From Dictyostelium discoideum (lineage: Eukaryota), in the NCBI GenBank assembly GCA_000004695.1, contig CM000152.2:6016001-6080000 (forward strand): a stretch of 64,000 nt of DNA. Reading direction: 5' to 3'. This document shows, piece after piece, positions 60,386 to 64,000 of the stretch. Position numbers and translations under genes: made by a program. The notes beneath the pieces are model-generated. The model was not told the origin of the DNA and ran no database searches. It was given only the letters and a program-made list of their open reading frames with translations. Each line of letters starts with the position of its first letter. Position 1 is the stretch's first letter.

Positions 60386-60597
60386 CCCTTGTCCTGTTTT
60401 ATCAATTGGTGCGTGGTGTGTTATTTTGTTTTTATATTGTTGATTTATTGAGTAAATTTTATTTGTTTTTATATTTGTTTCAGTTAGAAGTGCTGCGTCC
60501 AGCTTGTTGTTGTCTAATACGGTGTTTATTATGCTGGCAGATTGGATGGTGTTGGATCCTTGGACGTTCCAAACACCTATTCTTATTGTGTTTTTCT

Positions 60598-61932
60598 TTA
60601 TAGTTTTATTTGGGGTAGATTTTTATCTACCTTTTGAAGTTTCTGGTTTATTTTGTCTTCTAACTGATCTTTACTTTGTTCGTTGTGTTGTTGGTCTTGT
60701 GTGTTTGTGGGGTTTTTTGATTTACTGATTTGTTTTAGAATTTCCTTGTTGAAGTTGTCTATATCTTCATCCATTTTTGTTTTTATGCTTTTTTGTCCAT
60801 ATTCACCCAATTTTGGTTTGACTGGTGTTTTGTTGGTCCTGTTTGTTTTGTCTTGTTGTTTGTTTTTTGGTGTGTTTAACAATTTACTTGGTGAATCGAT
60901 AATTTTCGATGGTGTACCATAGGTTGGGCTGAAACTCATGATATGTTTTATTGGAGAGGAGAAGAACCATTGATTTGAAGGGATTGAAAGTGGGAATTCT
61001 ATTTTTCTTATTGCATCAGTGTTTGGGCTGGTGAAGTCGAAGATATCATTTACCTCTCTAAGTTTTTCTTCCGTTGTTAGTCTCTTTGTTTCGCCGTGTT
61101 GTTTTATTGGTGTATTGTATGGAGATGGTGGTTCAATAGGTTTTTCTGATTTTGTTTTAATTTCTTGATTTTTTATCGATTGGGTATTGATCTCATTCTC
61201 TATTCTTGTTAGTTCATCTACGTTTTCTAGTGATGCATCTATTACCTTTTGAGCTGTATCATCTAGGGCCATAAATGTTTTATCATTAAATGAGGAGGTG
61301 ATTGGTGGGATAATGATTGTTCTTTTTCCTTGTTTTGGTATTTGTTCTGATGTAGATTTTGGTTGTTGTTCATCTGATTGGTTTTTATTTTTGTTTTCTT
61401 CTTGATTTTCTGGTAATGAGGTTTGATCTCTCCATCCTTTGTTGGAGTGACCAATTAATGTTAGATTGTCTAGTTCAATGATAGTATCATATTCTTCTAC
61501 GACTCTTTTCACTGTTTTGATAATTAGAGTTTCGCCTTTAATTTCAGATTTAATTAGTTTACATCCTTCATTTTCTATTACCCATTCTATTTCTGTGAGT
61601 GATTTATACCAATCGAAATCCGTATACATATTTTTTGGTCTTAGAGTGGTTATAAATTGTCCTTTTAATTCTGCATCGAACATATTTACAAAATAGATTA
61701 CTGTACTAATACTGTCTGTGAGAATTTTGAATGTATTATTACTTTTGATTAAAACATCTTTTTTGTCCAAACTTTTTTCTAAATCTTTTTTTATTTTATC
61801 GTCTGGTTCGTGATTGATGTTTATGACGTATTTGAATTGTTTTTTTTTTAATTGAGTTTTATCCACAATTTCGCTTATTTTTTGTAGGCATTTGTGTTGC
61901 TTAATATTTGTGGTGTTGTTTGTGATTTTCAT
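60598..61932 (-). CDS. TRE5-A ORF1 (444 aa, basic nucleic-acid-binding protein)
   Basis: ATG at 61932. The first 70 codons are duplicated at 57026-56817. A 212-bp spacer lies before ORF2. Confidence 0.7.
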   Translation of the reverse strand: MKITNNTTNIKQHKCLQKISEIVDKTQLKKKQFKYVININHEPDDKIKKDLEKSLDKKDVLIKSNNTFKILTDSISTVIYFVNMFDAELKGQFITTLRPKNMYTDFDWYKSLTEIEWVIENEGCKLIKSEIKGETLIIKTVKRVVEEYDTIIELDNLTLIGHSNKGWRDQTSLPENQEENKNKNQSDEQQPKSTSEQIPKQGKRTIIIPPITSSFNDKTFMALDDTAQKVIDASLENVDELTRIENEINTQSIKNQEIKTKSEKPIEPPSPYNTPIKQHGETKRLTTEEKLREVNDIFDFTSPNTDAIRKIEFPLSIPSNQWFFSSPIKHIMSFSPTYGTPSKIIDSPSKLLNTPKNKQQDKTNRTNKTPVKPKLGEYGQKSIKTKMDEDIDNFNKEILKQISKSKNPTNTQDQQHNEQSKDQLEDKINQKLQKVDKNLPQIKL

Positions 61933-62007
61933 TTTATTTTCTTTCTATTTTTTATATTTTTCTTTAAAAAGTTAAAAATCTGGAAATTTTCTGATTAACT
62001 TGGTTCC

Positions 62008-62058
<51 letters not shown>

Positions 62059-62062
<4 letters not shown>

Positions 62063-62735
62063 TCTTTTTTATATGAAAAATGAAATAATCAAAAAAAGAG
62101 ATTGTTGTTGTTGTTTGTTTTTTTTCGATCTGATTATTTTTTGCTTTTTTTTGAAAATTTTGCTACGCAAAATTCTCAAAACGAAACAAATAATAAATTC
62201 CAATAAAGTAAAAGATGGGCTTTTTAGATTAGTTTATTTTATTAATTTATTTGTTTTTTAAAGTCTTTTTTTATATGAAAAATTGAAATAATCAAAAAAA
62301 AGAGATTGTTGTTGTTGTTTGTTTTTTTCGATCTGATTATTTTTGCTTTTTTTTGAAAATTTTGCTACGCAAAATTCTCAAAACGAAACAAATAATAAAT
62401 TACAATAAAGTAAAAAGATGGCTTTTTAAGATAGTTTATTTATTTATTTATTTGTTTTTTAAGTCTTTTTTATATGAAAAATGAAATAATCAAAAAAAGA
62501 GATTGTTGTTGTTGTTTGTTTTTTTTCGATCTGATTATTTTTTGCTTTTTTTTGAAAATTTTGCTACGCAAAATTCTCAAAACGAAACAAATAATAAATT
62601 ACAATAAAGTAAAAAGATGGCTTTTTAAGATAGTTTATTTATTTATTTATTTGTTTTTTAAGTCTTTTTTATATGAAAAATGAAATAATCAAAAAAAGAG
62701 ATTGTTGTTGTTGTTTGTTTTTTTTCGATCTGTTT
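62059..62735 (-). repeat. Tandem array of TRE5-A A-modules (~200-bp unit, about 3.4 copies; units begin at ~62060, 62262, 62461 and 62660, the last truncated)
   Basis: The near-identical unit AAGTCTTTTTTATATGAAAAATGAAATAATCAAAAAAAGAGATTGTTGTTGTTGTTTGTTTTTTTTCGATCTGATTATTTTTTGC...TTTGCTACGCAAAATTCTCAAAACGAAACAAATAATAAATT... repeats with a period of 199-202 bp. Confidence 0.75.
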
Positions 62736-62779
62736 TGAAAAAAAGGGTTGCAGCTAATTTTTTTTAAGAATATCGATTA

Positions 62780-62853
62780 GTTCGGATGGTGTAGTCGGTT
62801 ATCACGAATCCTTAACACGGATTAGGTCGTGGGTTCGATTCCCGCTCTGAATA
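62780..62853 (+). tRNA. tRNA-Val (anticodon AAC)
   Basis: GTTCGGA/TCTGAAT acceptor stem (two G-U pairs), GTGT...TCAC D arm, AATCC-TTAACAC-GGATT anticodon arm, variable AGGTC, GTGGG-TTCGATT-CCCGC T arm, discriminator A; 74 nt. Confidence 0.75.
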
Positions 62854-62949
62854 CAAACTAACATTTTTAAGTAACAAATTAAAAAACAAAGAAATAAACG
62901 AGAATTTATACATATAATAAATATCACAGGTAAAAAAAAAAAAATACAT

Positions 62950-64000
62950 ATAATAAATAAATCACTGTTATATCTTCACCGCCACATTCATTCCTCTTAA
63001 TTTTACCCTTTTTTTGCTCAATAAAGCAAGGGCTATCGTCCTATATACTAAACAATCACCAATGCAAATCAAAAGACTATATTGGCAAGAAATATTCAGA
63101 TCTACTTCTTACTTCGCACCAACAATCAATACAACTATTATGGAAATACACATACGACCAACTTTTTGTCAAAATTCAAAAATTAAAAGATCCAAAAGGC
63201 CGAGATACAATGCAAAGATTCCATGCTAGATGTCTTCCGATTAATCATCTACACAACAAAGTTTGCCCCATTTGCAACAATGAAATGAATAATGATCCCT
63301 ATGGTCATTTGTTTTTCAATTGTCAGCACACAATCAACTTCATTAACCACGACAAATTAAAATATTTTATATATAAAAATTGCAATGGAAACAAAAACTG
63401 GTCACTAACAAAAAACCATACAACAAAATTTTACACACTCATCTATAAACCACAAACAAACAACAAAGCATTTAAACCAGATCCAACTATCAATATTAAT
63501 TTTCATTTTGCAGAAAACGCACAATATAAAAAATACAGGTTCAACTGGAATTATATAAACACAAATCTTGATCTAGTCAGAACACATGCATATTGGAACA
63601 TAATCTCATTAGTTATTCACCAAATATGGATATGGTTATGCAAATCATTATTTGACATCAATATAACTCAATCAATTGATAATTGGAACAACCAAATAAA
63701 CAAAACAACACTAGATTATGATATATTAAAATCAAAATGGCACAAGCTAATAAGATTGGAATATTCAAGAACTTTATCAAACTTTAACCAATACTCAATT
63801 AAAAACAACCTCACAAAAACTCAAAAAGAAACCCAATGGTCCGAAACCATCAAAAAATTTAAAAAAGAATGGAGCATAAACACTAATGAACCAATTCCAA
63901 CAATTACACCACCAATTAATTATTAATTACCTAATCTAAAATAACATACCATTTTAAATTCACAAAAACTAAAAAACCTAAAATAAATAAATAAAAATAA
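62950..64000 (+). mobile_element. 5'-truncated TRE3-like non-LTR retrotransposon 3' portion (the ORF2 C-terminal Cys-rich domain is in frame 63210..63926; there is a frameshifted upstream piece at 63014..63229). It begins ~100 bp downstream of tRNA-Val and continues past the window end.
   Basis: RCLPINHLHNKVCPICNNEMNNDPYGHLFFNCQHT parallels the TRE5-A ORF2 tail PCQQCGEDETSEHIFFNCKAH. GC-richer, A-rich coding strand. Its position matches the known TRE3 preference (~100 bp 3' of tRNA genes). Confidence 0.5.

Larger units (their letters stand above)
56655..62735 (-). mobile_element. TRE5-A (DRE) tRNA-gene-targeted non-LTR retrotransposon, near full length. On the minus strand: A-modules, B-module, ORF1, ORF2, A-run, a duplicate of the B-module plus the first 70 codons of ORF1, C-module, poly(A).
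   Basis: ORF2 has an APE endonuclease (ITGDFNVD...SDHNMV) and a reverse transcriptase (FYDFEKAFD, FADDTA) plus a Cys-rich tail (CQQCGEDETSEHIFFNC). ORF1 lies upstream. There are about 3.4 tandem ~200-bp A-modules at the 5' end. The 5' end lies 44 bp upstream of tRNA-Val, and oligo(A) tails lie at 57107-57160 and 56655-56681. Confidence 0.8.

Noticed and set aside
62059-62735. A regularly spaced ~200-bp tandem repeat that could superficially be taken for a CRISPR-like array or satellite
   Set aside because: This is a eukaryotic genome. The units are contiguous 200-bp copies without spacers and match the A-module promoter repeats of the TRE5-A retrotransposon.

Overview
The window is AT-rich (~75-80% A+T) eukaryotic nuclear DNA with Dictyostelium discoideum hallmarks: homopolymer and (AAT)n/(CAA)n tracts, poly-N/poly-Q coding runs, short AT-rich introns with GTAAGT/GTATGT donors and (T)nAG acceptors, and tRNA-associated TRE retrotransposons. 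It is not prokaryotic, so CRISPR, operon and defence-island logic does not apply. Several 'M' residues in the supplied ORF track are TTG/GTG codons, so starts were re-derived by hand. Reading left to right, the window holds: a 3'-truncated coiled-coil gene on the minus strand; a vps15/PIK3R4 orthologue (N-myristoyl kinase, HEAT and WD40, one intron); several hypothetical N/Q-rich genes; an IBtk-like ANK-RCC1-2xBTB gene; a cluster of small two-transmembrane-segment protein paralogues, including a nonsense-containing copy and a distant fragment; a 1727-aa ANK/LRR protein with kinase-like motifs that may be spliced to the downstream FNIP-repeat ORF; a two-exon Rac1-type GTPase gene; a 5' copy of the 3' end of the next gene; a secreted-protein gene; a tandem array of five degenerate Ras-like GTPase paralogues lacking the DxxGQ switch II motif (38.4-45.0 kb); rpl28; a TMA16-like gene; a WDR61/SKI8-like WD40 gene; and a retroelement nest (55.3-64 kb) with tRNA-Ile(AAU) plus external B box, a near full-length TRE5-A non-LTR retrotransposon whose 5' end lies 44 bp upstream of tRNA-Val(AAC), and a 5'-truncated TRE3-like element downstream of that tRNA. 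The array of DxxGQ-less Ras-like genes is the most interesting novel feature.
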